64,000 nucleotides of DNA from Guillardia theta CCMP2712. Its lineage: Eukaryota > Protista > Cryptophyta. Positions 21,896-35,246 of the stretch are shown one piece after another. The notes below the pieces were generated by a model. The model ran no database searches, was not told the origin of the DNA, and saw only the letters and a program-made list of their open reading frames with translations. Position 1 is the first letter of the stretch. The number at the start of each line of letters is the position of its first letter. The stretch spans positions 1 through 64,000 of the forward strand of contig NW_005434502.1 in the NCBI RefSeq assembly GCF_000315625.1, read 5' to 3'. The translations under genes were made by a program, and so were the position numbers.

Positions 21896-24800
21896 ATGCC
21901 GAAGAAGAGCGCTGTGCAAGAAGAGCTTCTGAAGCACGGCAAGACCTCCGCCGAGTTCTCCCGCAAGACTGAGCAACAGATCCTCCACTACCTGTCCTCA
22001 AGGAAGCAGCAGCAGGACGAGCATGCCTCCCTCGAACAAGTCAGCATCAAGAAGCTGGGCAAAGTTTGGGATGACCTCACTGGGTTGGGGTTCACCCATG
22101 AGGACGTGAAAGAGGTGCTCACGCGCATAAGGGAAGTCTCCCTCCCCGACGCCCTGGACTGGCTCTGCCTCAATGTCGACGAGGACAAGCTGCCGGTCAA
22201 GTTCCGATCGACTTACAGGCCCCAAGACGAGTTCAAGGGAGGCATCGAAATCATTGCTCCTTCGATTGTTGAGAGTGCTCCCGTTGCTTCAGAGGCTCCT
22301 TCTCCTCGTCCGGAGCCGCCGAAGCCAGCGATCCAAGGAGTGGAGCTCATGAAGAAGAAGGAGCAAGAGGAGAAAGCTGCAGCTGCAGCAGAAGCTGCCG
22401 CTCATCGTGCATGGATCTTGCAAAAGTATGACAATGTGGACGATTCAGAGGAAGGGTCAGGGAGTGAAGAGGACGAGGACGAGGACGAGGGCGAGGACGA
22501 GGATCTTCCGAATCTTGTGAACTCCCTGGAGGCGAGACTAGAAGCTTTCAAGCATCAGGCAAAGCGAGGGAAAGAGATGAAGAACGTCACAACCCTCGGC
22601 AAGTGCATTGAAACCGGAGATGCGCTGGCTGGTGAGCTGGAGAGCTGTCATAAGAAACTGACTTCGTTGGCGTCGGGGATGTACTTTGGTAAGAAAACTG
22701 TGAGCAGGAACTCTAAGGAGGGTCGAGCGATCGAGATGCAGGGCAGGAAAGATCTAGTGCGGAACTCTCGGATGATCTCTCAGTGCAAAGGAGAACTTGA
22801 GAGCTTGAAGAAGGTGCTGAAGGCCTCAAGCGGTGCTGGGAATGAAAAGAAGGAGGAAGAGAGCCCAGTGTCGAGGGAGTTTGAAGCAGCTGACATGTTC
22901 TCCATGGACGCTCTCTTCGATGAGCCAGCGCCGTCGGCCAAGTGTTCTGCTCAGGCTGGTGGAAACTTGACTAGTGCGGAGACCAAGAAGCCTGAAGGAG
23001 GAGAGGTGAAGGAGGGGGAGGAGGTGGAAGCTACGATTCTGGATGTGAACGAGGCCCTCAAGGGATGGACAGGAAAGACTCCCAAGGTGATGCTGATCGA
23101 GTTCTGCGCTAAGAACAAGCTGCCGAAGCCCAAGTTCGCTCAGATGAGGAACAACCCAGCCAGATGCAAAGTCTTGATGGGAGAGCAAGTGCACGAGGGC
23201 CCAGCTCAGTTCGTCTGCGCCAAGGTGATGGAGGCAGAGCACGTGGCCGCCTGCTACGCCCTCTACAAGATCTCGCAGGGGCGACAGCTGTATAGGATGA
23301 TGCCGGCCTTGTTCAGGGACCTGTGGCTGGGATGGGAGAAAGGAGAGGACGAGGAGAAGGCGAAGGGAGAGAAGGAAAAAGAGGAGGCCAGAGAGACTGT
23401 GCTGGAGGAGCTGCTGCGTGCGCGCTCTCTTTCTCGCCCTCAAGGTCCAGCAACGTCGGGTCCAACAGCTGCCCAGCAGGCAGACAAGTCGAGCTCAGTG
23501 ACGGAGTCGTGGGACGCGGACGAGCAGGAGAGGAAGCAGGAAGGAAACAAGACGGTCAGCCATGGTGACGGGAAGCAGGTGAGCGAAGAGCTGTTCAATC
23601 GATGGAAGACGATGAGGAGCTCGCCGGAGTGGCAGAGGCTGTGGGAGGGGAGGAAACTTTTGCCCATCTACTCGAAGCAAGAAGAGATGCTGTCGGCCAT
23701 CCGCAGCAACACCGTCACCATCATCGTGGGAGAGACAGGATGCGGCAAGTCTACTCAGGTCCCCCAGATGATCCTGGACGAGTTTCTGTCGCAGCGTCGA
23801 GGGGAGGGCTGCAGGATCATCTGCACTCAGCCTCGACGAGTCGCAGCTATAGGGGTGGCAGAACGAGTGGCGGCAGAGCGAGGAGAGACTCCGGGAGCAG
23901 GGGGAGCGCTCTGTGCCCACCAGATCCGCATGGAGAGCACGAGGACGGAGGACACGAGGATCTTGTTCTGCACTACAGGGATCCTTCTTCGGAGGCTGCA
24001 GGACGATCCGCAGCTGGAGGGCATCAGCCACGTCATCGTAGACGAGGCGCACGAGCGAGACGTGCTGTGCGACTTCTTGCTGGTGATCCTGCGGGGGATG
24101 GTGGAAAGAAGGCCCGACATGCGCCTGGTGATCATGTCGGCGACCATGGACGCTGATCGCTTCTCCCGCTACTTCTTTGACGCTCCCGTCTTCACGGTCC
24201 CCGGGAGGACGTTCCCTGTAGAGGATCTCTTCCTCGAGGATGTTCTGGAGCTGACGGGCCACCGGATCGTGGAGGGGCACCCGTGCGCCATCGTGAATAG
24301 AGCGGCAGTGCGGGGGATGGCGAAGATGACGATCTCGACTCGAGGAGGAAACTCAGCGCAAGTGATGGAGCAGTGGGATGAGGACGAGCTCGACGGACTG
24401 GGGCCGACCAACGACGCGTATGAGGAGGCGCTGTACACCAGTGAGTAGTGCGAAGGAGAAGTAGTGGGAGGAAGGAGGGTGACTGATCATGGAGAAGATG
24501 GGCAGGAAGAGGAGAAGGGGGGGGAGGCAGAGATAGAGGTGGATGAAGAGGAGGACGAGGACGAGGACGAGGAGATTAACGCTGACGGCTTCACGCAGAC
24601 TTCAGCGAGTCAACGAGGTTAAGCTTGAGGAGGGTGGACGAGGAGAAGATCAACTACGACCTGATCTGCGACGTCCTCCTCTTGCTCCGAAAGTCCCTTG
24701 ATGACGAAAAGGCGTCACCGGGTGTAGACTCGTGGGAGGATCTCGATGAGGAAGGGATGAAGTCGCAGGAGTCTGTGAAGGGAGTTCTGATCTTCCTGCC

Positions 24801-26785
24801 CGGCATCGGAGAGATCATGCAGCTGTACGACCAGCTCATGGCTAGCTCGGTCTTCTCGGACAGGAAGAAGTTTGTCGTCCATGCAGCGCACAGCTCGTTG
24901 CCTCCCGAAGAGCAGCGGAGGATCTTCGTGAAGCCGCCTCCTCACGTGCAGAAGATCGTGATCGCGACCAACATCGCCGAGACCTCCATCACCATCGACG
25001 ACATTGCCTATGTCATCGACACGGGGCGCGTGAAGGAGACGAGGTACAACGAGCGTGCCAAAATGAGGCTGCTGGTTGAGACGTGGATCGATCGAGCCTC
25101 GATGCGGCAGCGAGCAGGGCGAGCAGGGCGAGTGCAGGCGGGCAAGTGCTTCCACCTCTACACCCGCGTGCGGTCTGCCTCCTACTTCGATGAGCACAAG
25201 ACCCCCGAGATGCGCCGCGTGCCGCTGGAGGAGCTCTGCCTGCAGATCCTGTCCATGGGGCACCGAGACGTCGCGTCCTTCCTCGGGTCCGCCCTTGACC
25301 CTCCGAGTGAGACTGCGGTGAAGGTCGCCATGCAGACGCTCTCGGACGTGCAGGCGGTAGACGAGGAGGGGGGGCTAACGGCGCTAGGTCAGCACCTGTC
25401 GCGCCTCCCGGTCGACCCTCACATCGGCAAGCTGCTCATTATGGGATGTATCTTCTCCTGCCTCAACCCTATCCTCACCATCGCCGCCTGCTGCAGCTAC
25501 AAGATGCCCTTCCTGACCTCCATCGAACGTAGAGGACTCGTCGACGACGCCAGGAAGAAACTCGCTGGTCAGCACCCGGTATCAGACCTGCTTGTGGCTT
25601 CTGCAGCGTACGACATGTGGGTCGAAGCGAGCAGAGGGGAAAAGGGGAAGCAGCAGCAGGTGTGCAGGCAGTACAGCATGAGCCAGGCGACCCTCATCCA
25701 GATCAGAGATCTGCGATCCCAGTTCAAAGACCTGTGAGTAACCCCATTCCTTGCTCCTCCTCGTCGTCGTTGTGATCTTCGTCATGCTCCTCCTCCTCCA
25801 CCTCCTCCTCCTCCACCACCTCCTCCTCCTCCTTCTGCTCTTCTTGCTTCTGTTCCTTATCCTCCTCCTCCTGCGTCCTTCCATTCCTTTCATTCCTTAC
25901 ACTTCTTCCCGGCTCTCTCAATCTCTTCCCGCAGGTTACGATCCATCGGCTTCATCAACAAAGTGGGGGACGTGGACGAGGACAAGGCGAGCAACGCCAA
26001 CAGCAGGAGCAAGCCCATCCTCTGCTCCATCATCTTCGCTGGCCTCTACCCCAACCTCGTGCAGGTACAGGAAGGGGATAGAGGAGGAGGAGTGACTGCA
26101 AGCTGCAGGTGGAGCAGAGCAACCGAGACATCCTGCTCAGAGGGCCCGACGGCTCGAAGGGGCTCGTGCTGCACAGGTCGAGTGTCATGAACGGGCAGGG
26201 ACAAGCGTGCGCGCGAGGAGCTCTGGTGACGTACCACCAGAAGATGGCGACTTCTCGCCCCTACGTCATGGACGCGACCATCGTTCACGGCAACGCAGCC
26301 CTGCTGTTCGGGGGAAAGCTCGTGCTCGATCACATCCAAGGCGTTGTCTCCTTGGATGGATGGCTCCAGCTGAAGGTAACCTACTTAATCTCCTCCTCCT
26401 CCTCCTCCTCCTCCTTCTCCTCCCACTGATCCTCCTAATCATCACATCCACCACCACCACCACCATCACCATCTCATCCTCCTCCTCCTGCATCTCCACC
26501 TCCTCCTCCTCCTTCACCGCCATCACTATCATCTCCCTTCCCCTCTGATTTTTTCAACTTCTGCGCCTCACCTGCTCAACCTGCCCTTCCTGGCTAGTAG
26601 GCTCTGATGCTCTTCAGGTACCTGCCCGCACAGCTGTCATCGTCAAGGAGCTGAGAAAAGAGCTCGAGCGAGTCCTGACCGTGAAAGTGCGTCACCCCCG
26701 CATGGATCTTTCCAAGGAGTCCTCCTCCCTCGTCCAGGCAGTCGTCCTGCTTCTCAAGGACGCAGTGGCTTCCTCTTCCTCCTGA
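21896..26785 (+). CDS. DEAH-box RNA helicase, DHX29/DHX57-like (UBA-like, dsRBD-like, RecA1/2, HA2, OB)
   Basis: GETGCGKST, TQPRRVAA, DEAHER, MSAT, IFLPG, ATNIAETSITI, QRAGRAGR, HLSRLPVDP. N-terminal ALDWLCLN and WTGKTPK motifs are typical of DHX29. Stop 26783-26785. Confidence 0.92.
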
Positions 26786-26828
26786 GCGACCTGAGCCGAA
26801 GCACTCAGTGGTCTGATGTGGCACGGAC

Positions 26829-26899
26829 GAGGACCAGGACCAGGACCAGGACCAGGACCAGGACCAGGACCAGGACCAGGACCAGGACCAGGACCAGGA
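26829..26899. repeat. (GGACCA)n hexamer repeat in the helicase 3' region
   Basis: About 11 perfect copies. Confidence 0.9.
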
Positions 26900-27068
26900 T
26901 CAGAAAGGAGACAAGGACCAGGACGAGGAAGCAGTGTAGCGATTGAAGGTCCAACAAGCTCAGCGTCTCGATCGTCTTGTCGGAGGCTCGAAGCCTTTTT
27001 ATCAAGGGCGCTCCTGACTAGGTTTAGTTCAATAAAAGTTTAGTCTCACAATCTCCGAGGTCCCTTCC

Positions 27069-29002
27069 ATGGCAGGAGGAGAGGAGGGAGGGAAGCGCGG
27101 GGCAGATGAGAAGGGCATGAAGCTCTGGGAGGTGAAGGGAGTGACGGTCCGAGATGAGCGCGTGGCTAAAGTCCGACGAGTGGCCGTGCATCTCGCCAGG
27201 CTGGTAGCAGAGCTGAAGGAGGCTGGGGTCCCTCTTCACAACGCTCTATGTGTCGCTGAGCATGGACGATGGGCGCAGAGGCTGTGTGAGCATGCAGAGG
27301 AGTACGTCAGCAGTAGACCCGTCGGCGTCGGCATCCTCTTCACCGTCTTGAAGGATGGCTCCTTCGCGGTTGAAACCATCGAACGAGGTTCGCCGGCTGA
27401 GAGCTCCGACATTCGGGTAGGCGACGTGCTCAAGAAGGTGAACGGCGAGGAGGTGCAGGAGATGAGCTTTCAGGACATGGCCAACATCTACCTAGGCAGA
27501 GTGGGAACAGAAGTGAACCTTGTGCTCCGAAGACCCAACATCCCTCATCCCGTCACCGCCAAGCTGAGGAGGTGGAGTGGCAAGGATACAATGGTGCGGT
27601 GCGACCTTCATCCATGGAAGATACTGGAGCGAGTTCGCTTCATGGAGGACACGCTGCTCAAGCTGCGGTTCGATCTGGAGGAGTGGGGGATCCAAGACCC
27701 CGAGAAGAGGGTGAGTGAACTGAGTTGGCATCGGTCAGTGATCGAGAGCGAGGTCTTGCGACTCAATCACAGGTCCTCCTCCTCCTCCTCCTCCTCCTCT
27801 TCCTCCTCTACCATTTGCCTCCTGATCCTACATCTTCTACCTCCTCCTCCTCTACCTTCTTCCTCCTTTTCCTATATCTTCTGCCTTCTCCTCTTCCCTT
27901 CTCCTCTTCCCATATCTTCGGCCTCGTCTTGATACTACATCCTTTTTCCTCCTCTGTGTTGACACGGCACTTGCAGATGCTTGAGACTCGCCAAGGATCT
28001 GGGGCTGGAAGTGACCATCCAGTTCAGACAAGTGACGGACTACGACAAATCTTTCATCATAAGAGATCCTTTCGCTCAGATGGTGTGGAGGTCTTACTTT
28101 CATAATCGCCCTTGCATCAAGATCCGTGAGGTAGGAAGTGACTTCAACTCTCCGCCTTCTTATCTTCTCATCTTTAGTGGATTGCGGCCGTTCAGAATGA
28201 GCTGAGAAATCTCGGGATGCAGCTTCTGTCGTCATGGCAGTCGCAGTTTATGGCCAGCTTGATGTGCGTGGGGATCGAGGACTGTGTGTCCTGCTACGAG
28301 ATCCAGGTGATGGTGACTTGGCTGCGACGGGATGACGGCCTGCCCTCAGTCCTTCATCGATAGGTGGCTTCCTCCATGCCGTTGGAAGGAAGTCGAGAAC
28401 TTCTCGTGGCAGGAGGCTGGGAACGGTTTCATCGACGCTCTCAAACTTGCGGGTCAGAGGAGAAGTGCAGGTGACCGGGAGGATCTGACGAGAGCACTGC
28501 AGAGATCGCTCTGCTGACTGGGGCTAGTCGGAGCCTGCCAGAATGGTTCAAACCTCATCTCAACTATCAGGTGCTTGCTGCTGGCGCCCTTGCTGTGAGC
28601 TGTGACGGCGAAAGAAGGAAGCATGCTATCTTCTCAGCTCTGCGGACCCTGGGGTCTTCGTTGTTCGATACAGCGCATCTCCCGGCAACTTCGCCATCCA
28701 ATGGTGCTCGGCAGGGCGGCAGATTAAGAGTGCTAAGGTACGACTCCTTGACTGAGGATCAGCTGGGGTCGGGGAGCTGACGTAGCTCTGGAAGGTATTC
28801 GTGAAGACCGGGGGTTACTCGTGGCGCATCAACGGAAAGGCTGTCTACCCGGCTCTGTCAGATATGATCCATGAGGTGGACCTGTCAGCTGCCTGCTCGC
28901 CCTGACGTTTCTCAGGTCCATTCCTTCTTGTCGTACCCACTTGTCCTTCCACCGCAACGAGAATCTGCAAAGATTCAACCGCTGGGACCAGATGACGATT
29001 GA
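27069..29002 (+). CDS. PDZ + Cbl-like helical/EF region + C-terminal SH2 domain protein
   Basis: PDZ: VGVGILF...ERGSPAESSDIRVGDVLKKVNGE...GTEVNLVLRR. Spliced C-terminus: WFKPHLNYQ-EACYLLSSADPGVFVVRYSASPGNFAIQWCSAGRQIKSAK-LWKVFVKTGGYSWRINGKAVYPALSDMIHE-VHSFLSYPL. Stop 29000-29002. Confidence 0.75.
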
Positions 29003-29211
29003 GAGTCTGGTACCTTCATCGGAGTTGGCCTTTACATGTAAATTTGCACCGAAGAAAGTTAAAGGTATTGTTTGTTTTTAATGTCTTTATAGTACATTCA
29101 GCCAGCCATGATTCAATGTTGCTACTCACAGTCCTCCATCCTGCTATATCACCAATCAATGAAGGGAAATTCAAGTCTTCAGGACGACTGAACATTGAAA
29201 TATCGATGCGC

Positions 29212-31487
29212 TAATTCCAGCATTTCATCTGTATCTTGAAGCGAGCAATGGATCATCACGGTTGCTATTCAAGGTTGTGACCCAACCATTTCCCTTGCCC
29301 CTCTTGCTACCATTTCCTCCTGCCCGATCAGCATATGTGAATGTGCATCCACGAACAAAGACTCCGAGGTGCTTGCATTTGAATCAGTATTGTCGTTGCT
29401 AACACTGTCAGGATCGAACTTCCTCGCGCTCTCCTTCTGAGGTAGATTTTCAAGCTGGTTCTTCGCCCACTGCGCCTGTTGTGCGACACTGTCAGGATCG
29501 AACTTCCTCGCGCTCTCCTTCTGAGGTAGATTTTCAAGCTGGTTCTTCGCCCACTGCGCCTGTTGTGCGACAGTGTCAGGATCAAACTTCGATTCAGACT
29601 GTTCCCTTGCTGGTAGATTTTGTAATAGTTCCCGTGCTGACTTGCATTGATCTGCAATCTGATTTGAGATTTCATCGACGTTTACCATCTTTTTGACTTC
29701 AGTTATTCGCTGATTCAAAAGTTTTCTTGCCCATTCTGCCTGCGTTGCCCCATCCCAAATTATTGCAGAAGCCTCATTTTCAAGACCGTCATCAGATTCA
29801 GGTATGTCAAAGAATTCTTGGACTTCTGGATTTGTCTCCGGTCCTTCACTATTCAGACTCTGTCTCAAGAATATCATTCAACATCAGAGAAACTTAGCAT
29901 TCACCATCAATTCAGACATCATTTCCTCCTGCTCTTTTCGAATGTTATGGACCACTTTTTGATGCTTGTCTAAACTATTAGACGATATGTTCTCCGCATT
30001 CTGTAAATGTGTAAGGCAAATTGCGTCGAAAGTGAGAATTCATCGTACATCGGTTGGCTCCTTGTCATGATGTTTGGAGAGATCCTTCAAAGAACCCGAG
30101 GATTCCTTCTTGAGGAAGTCTATACGCCTCTGATTGGCACGGAGTCGCTTTTCTAGTGTAGGATCAATGCCTGTTCAAACCTTCAGTTTCATTCACTGTG
30201 GAACAAGCCGACGAGCATACTCGGAGTGACGGGTTTTGCCTGAACAGATTGCAATGGCATGGAACCTCCAAGTGTTGCCTCACTTTCATTCGATTGGCCT
30301 TGAGATTTTGATTCTTTCTTGATCCCATAAGACGATGGAATCACTATGCTGACAGATTCATGCGCCGGTATCTCCGAATTCACTATCTGTCTCAAGTTTA
30401 GGCATCAGTTACTTGAATTTCAGAAATTACCAAAGCCAACTCCTTGGTTTCACGATACCAAGATGCTTCTACGAAAGAGCCAAAGGGGGTAGAAGTCACT
30501 TGGATGTTATTCAGGTCTTCGCCATGAAAACCAGCCAAAACTAACTTGACCTTGAAAACGCTTAGACAAGAGAATATGAAGATTCCTGGACAACACCTTC
30601 TCCCCTTTCCTAAGGTTGATCTTGGGTTTAAATGAGATCGTAATGTCTTCCTGTTGAATATTTCTTACACTTTGAGATGCTATACTGAGTTACAAGTCAA
30701 TACCATGTCCGATTCATAATTCTTGGATTCGTTTTTCTGTTTGTCAGAATTTGGGTAATGCATCGATGATTCCAACAATGCTTGATTCGCTCGAGGTTGC
30801 TGATAATCGGAGTAAACGTTGGGGTCATCTTCATCGAAACTTGGTGATCTTGGATTTTTGTCATGGCTTATTTGTCCATCATCCTGGAAGCATTCTATTA
30901 GCTGCACACAAGATAAGATCAACATTCATACTTGGCGCATTGACTTGATCGACAGCATTTGGTCGAACAATTGAGCTAATCTTGTTTCTACTCTACTCGG
31001 AAGCCCTAGACTTTTCAGGTTCCTTAAGTTGCGCAGGTCATTCAAACTGTTTATCCCCACACTCGAAAGCAGCTCCCAATCTTTGTCCAAGCCAAACAGG
31101 ACAAGCTGAGCAAGAAAATCGCTCTTGCTCGTCCTATGCAGTGAGCTTGAAAGTAGATGCATTTCAGAATTTTCGTTCTAAACACCCACGGATCAATCTC
31201 ATTTCAGTAGAGAGAATGGCAAGATACCTGCATCTGGAGGGAAGCAAAGACGTTGGGGGAGATGGAGCTAATCTGGCGAGAGCTCGTCAGAGCGACTTGA
31301 TGCATGGGCTTAATCTCACATCTCTCCGCGGGGTTTGGTAAAGCAACCGAAAGGGACTGGCGTCGGGGGTCCCAGCATGGCTGCCGTTGAGAGACTTGGA
31401 TGGAGTGCTCAGAAGGCTGTTGTGCAGCATGATGCGATCTCTCTCAGCAATCTCATTGAGAGATGCAACAGAATCGATCTGCATCAA
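29212..31487 (-). CDS. Hypothetical multi-exon protein with SAM-like segment and 28-aa C-terminal repeats; ends approximate
   Basis: FGLDKDWELLSSVGINSLNDLRNLRNLKSLGLPSRVETRL resembles a SAM domain. Several ORF blocks are separated by short introns. Confidence 0.5.
29402..29593 (-). repeat. 84-bp in-frame tandem repeat (KFDPDSVAQQAQWAKNQLENLPQKESAR)
   Basis: cactgtcaggatcg recurs at 29403 and 29487, with a diverged third copy. Confidence 0.9.
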
Positions 31488-32247
31488 TAGTTGTCAGATG
31501 ATATGGACTCTTCCACACAATCAAGAAATTCCTTCTTCCGCATCCTTTTCGGCGACTCCTCTCGAGGAATGGAATGCTCCCTTTGCCCAAAAATAGATGA
31601 GTTTGATATCATAACTCGTACACCAGAATAAAATGTAAAACCAGATTAGTTGCTTTTGAACATCTTTCAAACTTAGTCCTATGGTACAATATTTTCTGCT
31701 CTTGATCTAATCTTTTCCTCAATCTCTATTGCCATGTAGGTCCTTCATGACAATGGACAGAGAAGTTCTCCCTCCCCTTCTCTCTCTCGCTCAGTCATTT
31801 AATCAAGCTGCTGGCCCTCCCTCCTCCTCCTCCTCCTCCTCCCCCGCCCTCATGCTCAGGCCATTCTCCCGCTCCTCATACCCGCCACCCCATCGACCCC
31901 CTGAGGCCACCGTCCCCAATCCTGCCATCCACCCACCCTCCTCCAGTTCAATCCGCTCCGATGAAACCACCCCACCCCTAACCCCCTAGGCGATGCAAGC
32001 CACGGCTTGACCATCCCCCGCCAAGTTTCTTTGGGGACATCTTTATAACGGAGAGGGGTGGGGTCCTAATGAAACGTGTTGAGACTGGAGGGGTGGAGGG
32101 GTAGGGGGGAGGTCTCTGAACGGTAGTTTCTGACTGCTGTCCCTTGCAAGAGAAAGCAGGGGGGTAGAAGAGATGCAAAGGAGGGGTGGGTACGTTCAAA
32201 GGGGAGAAGGGTGGGGTGATGAAAGGTAAGATAGTGGGGTAGTCGAG

Positions 32248-32727
32248 ACCCTCCTAACAACTGGATCCCTCCTAGCAACTGGATCCCTCCTAGCAACTGG
32301 ATCCCTCCTAACAGCTGGATCCCTCCTAGCAACTGGATCCCTCCTAGCAACTGGATCCCTCCTAGCAACTGGATCCCTCCTAGCAACTGGATCCCTCCTA
32401 GCAGCTGGATCCCTCCTAGCAGCTGGATCCCTCCTAGCAACTGGATCCCTCCTAGCAACTGGATCCCTCCTAGCAACTGGATCCCTCCTAACAACTGGAT
32501 CCCTCCTAGCAGCTGGATCCCTCCTAGCAGCTGGATCCCTCCTAGCAGCTGGATCCCTCCTAGCAGCTGGATCCCTCCTAGCAGCTGGATCCCTCCTAGC
32601 AACTGGATCCCTCCTAGCAGCTGGATCCCTCCTAGCAACTGGATCCCTCCTAGCAACTGGATCCCTCCTAGCAGCTGGATCCCTCCTACCAACTGGATCC
32701 CTCCTAGCAACTGGGTTCCTCCTAGCA
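32248..32727. repeat. 18-bp minisatellite CCCTCCTAGCA(A/G)CTGGAT, ~26 copies
   Basis: Direct reading; nearly every unit junction carries GGATCC. Confidence 0.97.
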
Positions 32728-33059
32728 ACACAACTCTGTTCAACATCGGCTTCGATCTCCTGGATCAATACTAAAAATCCTCCTGGCTATTCCGTGCTCA
32801 AAAGGGAGAGCCTGACAGAGGGGTCAGGAAACCATCATCATGGATGCGTTCTAGAGAAGGCGTGATGATGTCTCAGAAGAGCATCGCACTTGTGACGATG
32901 TCGTACAGCAGACGAACATAATAGCGAGATAAGCGATGAAACAGACATCATGAGCTGTCCACTTGACTTGTTGTCTAGCGTTTTGAGGTGGGGAGTATCG
33001 GTCAATCAATAATGTGTTATTTATTCTTCTTACTGAGCGGTAAGATTAAGTCATGGCCT

Positions 33060-34943
33060 AGACTCTACCTGGTACCAATTTCAGGGATGGCCTAGTAGGT
33101 TGTGCTGGTGAGCTTTAGTCCATTCTGCGTGGGAAATTCTCCTTTTTGGATTCCTGGGGCAACCAGCCAATCAGACGGTCATTCTTCGAATTCAAGTTGA
33201 GAGGCTTACTCGCAAAGGTAAATAATCGAATAGGAGCTTGAATGTAACTGGTGTGCAATCAAATGTAAGAGTGAGGGAATCCAACAACGCCTGTGCGGAC
33301 CTGTCGTTCTTCTCCGCATGTGAGGGCGATGATGGGTCGGGTTTAAGCTTGAGAGAGATGAGATTCCAAGGCGTGTCTCCTCTGTCATATGCCACCCTGC
33401 AATCGCCTTGAGCAAGCAACATGAATCAATCAAAGATAAATTTTCGCCTTCGTCCGAAGGGAATCGGATTCTCGAACAGAGCAGGTCGTTTCTTCACAGG
33501 TAGCTTTATGATGGCATTCTCATCTCCTTTTTGCTGATTGAATGAAAGAATATCATATCGAACCTTACAAGGGAATTTCAGCGCATCAAACCGATCCACC
33601 TCGTCATACCGATGAGAAGTTAAAGTCAATCCTGGGATGATTGTGTCCCTCATCCCTCTTGTCAGCCTCCTGACCAAACATACCAAGTTTAAAGAAGAGA
33701 GAAAAGATCTGAGAATTACCAATGTGTCGTTGATACTTCCAATATATTTCCCGACGCTCACAGCAGGTGTCCACAAGTATTTTTGATTTTCGTTGTCACC
33801 TCGGGCCTGTAACGACATGAGAACAAGACGGACTGCTTGATTGAGATCTTACGTCTTCTCTTTTGTTCAACCGATCGTCTATGTAGCATCCCACCGTCTC
33901 ATCCACCCACAAGAGTTTACGGAAATCTTGCAACGTCATTCCAACACTTGACGAGCACTTTGACATCAAACGGTCGACAACTTTTTCTTCCGCGGGTATG
34001 TCAAGCGACTGCATCATGTGAACGATCTCATTTCTCCCAAGGATGCCGTTTTTATCTGCATCCACTGGAAAACAATCAACTCAGCTGATAACATCTCCCC
34101 TCTCTCCCTCACCACTTCGAAAAGCTTTGCTCATTAACGAGAATTTTGCTGCGTTCTTGTTTTGGAAGACAGACTGGAACTTCGACAACCTGCTTTGTAG
34201 CTGAGAGCTGTGCAAATGACTGATCAGCCCCAAAGGATCAGCATGATGATATACTTCACAAACCTTTCGCTGGTGCCAGGTCGCAAAACTGACTTGCCGA
34301 CCAAGCCATCAGCAACAGCAGAAACTCCATGCTGAGCTCGCTTGATGGATGATGGAGCAGACATGGGACGAACTTGAGTCCTCTCTGTGCTTCTTGGAGT
34401 CGTGACCATCCGTCGGGAGGACGATTGCTGCTCGGCAGTTGGCGATGATCGTACAGGAGGCGGGTTCGTAAATTCCTCTCGCTCGCTGCTTCTCTCGCAT
34501 GGAGGATCGGGACGTGAGGTGCTGGTGTTGAATATTCCAAAGTGGTCGAGCTTACGGGGCATGGCAGTCTTAGGTCTAGCTGATCGTTGAGTCGGCGAGG
34601 GGATATCATTCACGTTCAAGGTTTCCTTGCCCTTGTGCGATTGCTTCGCATCCTCACTGGTAATCTTTTCGAATGAATCGAGAGTTACTCGCTTGGCGTT
34701 TGTAACTCCTCCCCCCTGTCTCGGAAGCCTCAAGGACGACATTGCTGTTTCAACAGCAGCCCTCAACACTGGTGCTTCTTCACAGCCAGTCAGTGGGTCC
34801 CCTTCAGCGCATGACAGGCATCCATCTTACTCTCTTGAGGACCACCTTTCTTTCATCTTCTTCTCTGAACTATGTCTCACCTTCTTTCAACAAGACGTCT
34901 TCTGTCCTCTTGCCTCCTACGTCCTCATTGTTTCGTCCCTCAT
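33060..34943 (-). CDS. EF-hand-containing hypothetical protein; 3' end approximate
   Basis: ATG 34943 MRDENNEDVGG. EF loop DADKNGILGRNE; S/P/R-rich N-terminal region; short GT-AG introns. Confidence 0.6.
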
Positions 34944-35246
34944 AACTACGAGAGCATGGCCGTTGGCACCTCGTTTTAACCCTCGTCCCCGCGCATATGC
35001 CGAAATGACGGCAGGCGGCACGGGGGTAGAACTACTATGTTCGAATTGACAGGCGGGCCAACCCCTGGTCGGTGAATTAAACAGTACAAATAATTAGTTA
35101 AATACCCCCCCCCCCCCGCTTCGCCTCCATGCGGTCTGTGTGGGGCGCTATGGCAGTTTTTTCAGGGGGTTCTGCATGCCATGGCAGGGTATCACAACAA
35201 AATTCAAATCCGATTTTTGGCGGGCAAACCTGTGACCCCCCTCGCC

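Noticed and set aside
22826-25263. Long antisense ORFs over the helicase (and similar ones over the Zn-cluster and LRR genes)
   Set aside because: Shadow ORFs of GC3-rich coding sequence with no recognisable motifs.
32248-32727. Possible CRISPR array
   Set aside because: Head-to-tail repeats with no unique spacers, no cas genes, eukaryotic context.
35050-35180. TIR of the transposon
   Set aside because: No convincing reverse-complement match found by eye near 38090-38330 or 43600-44300; only short partial matches.
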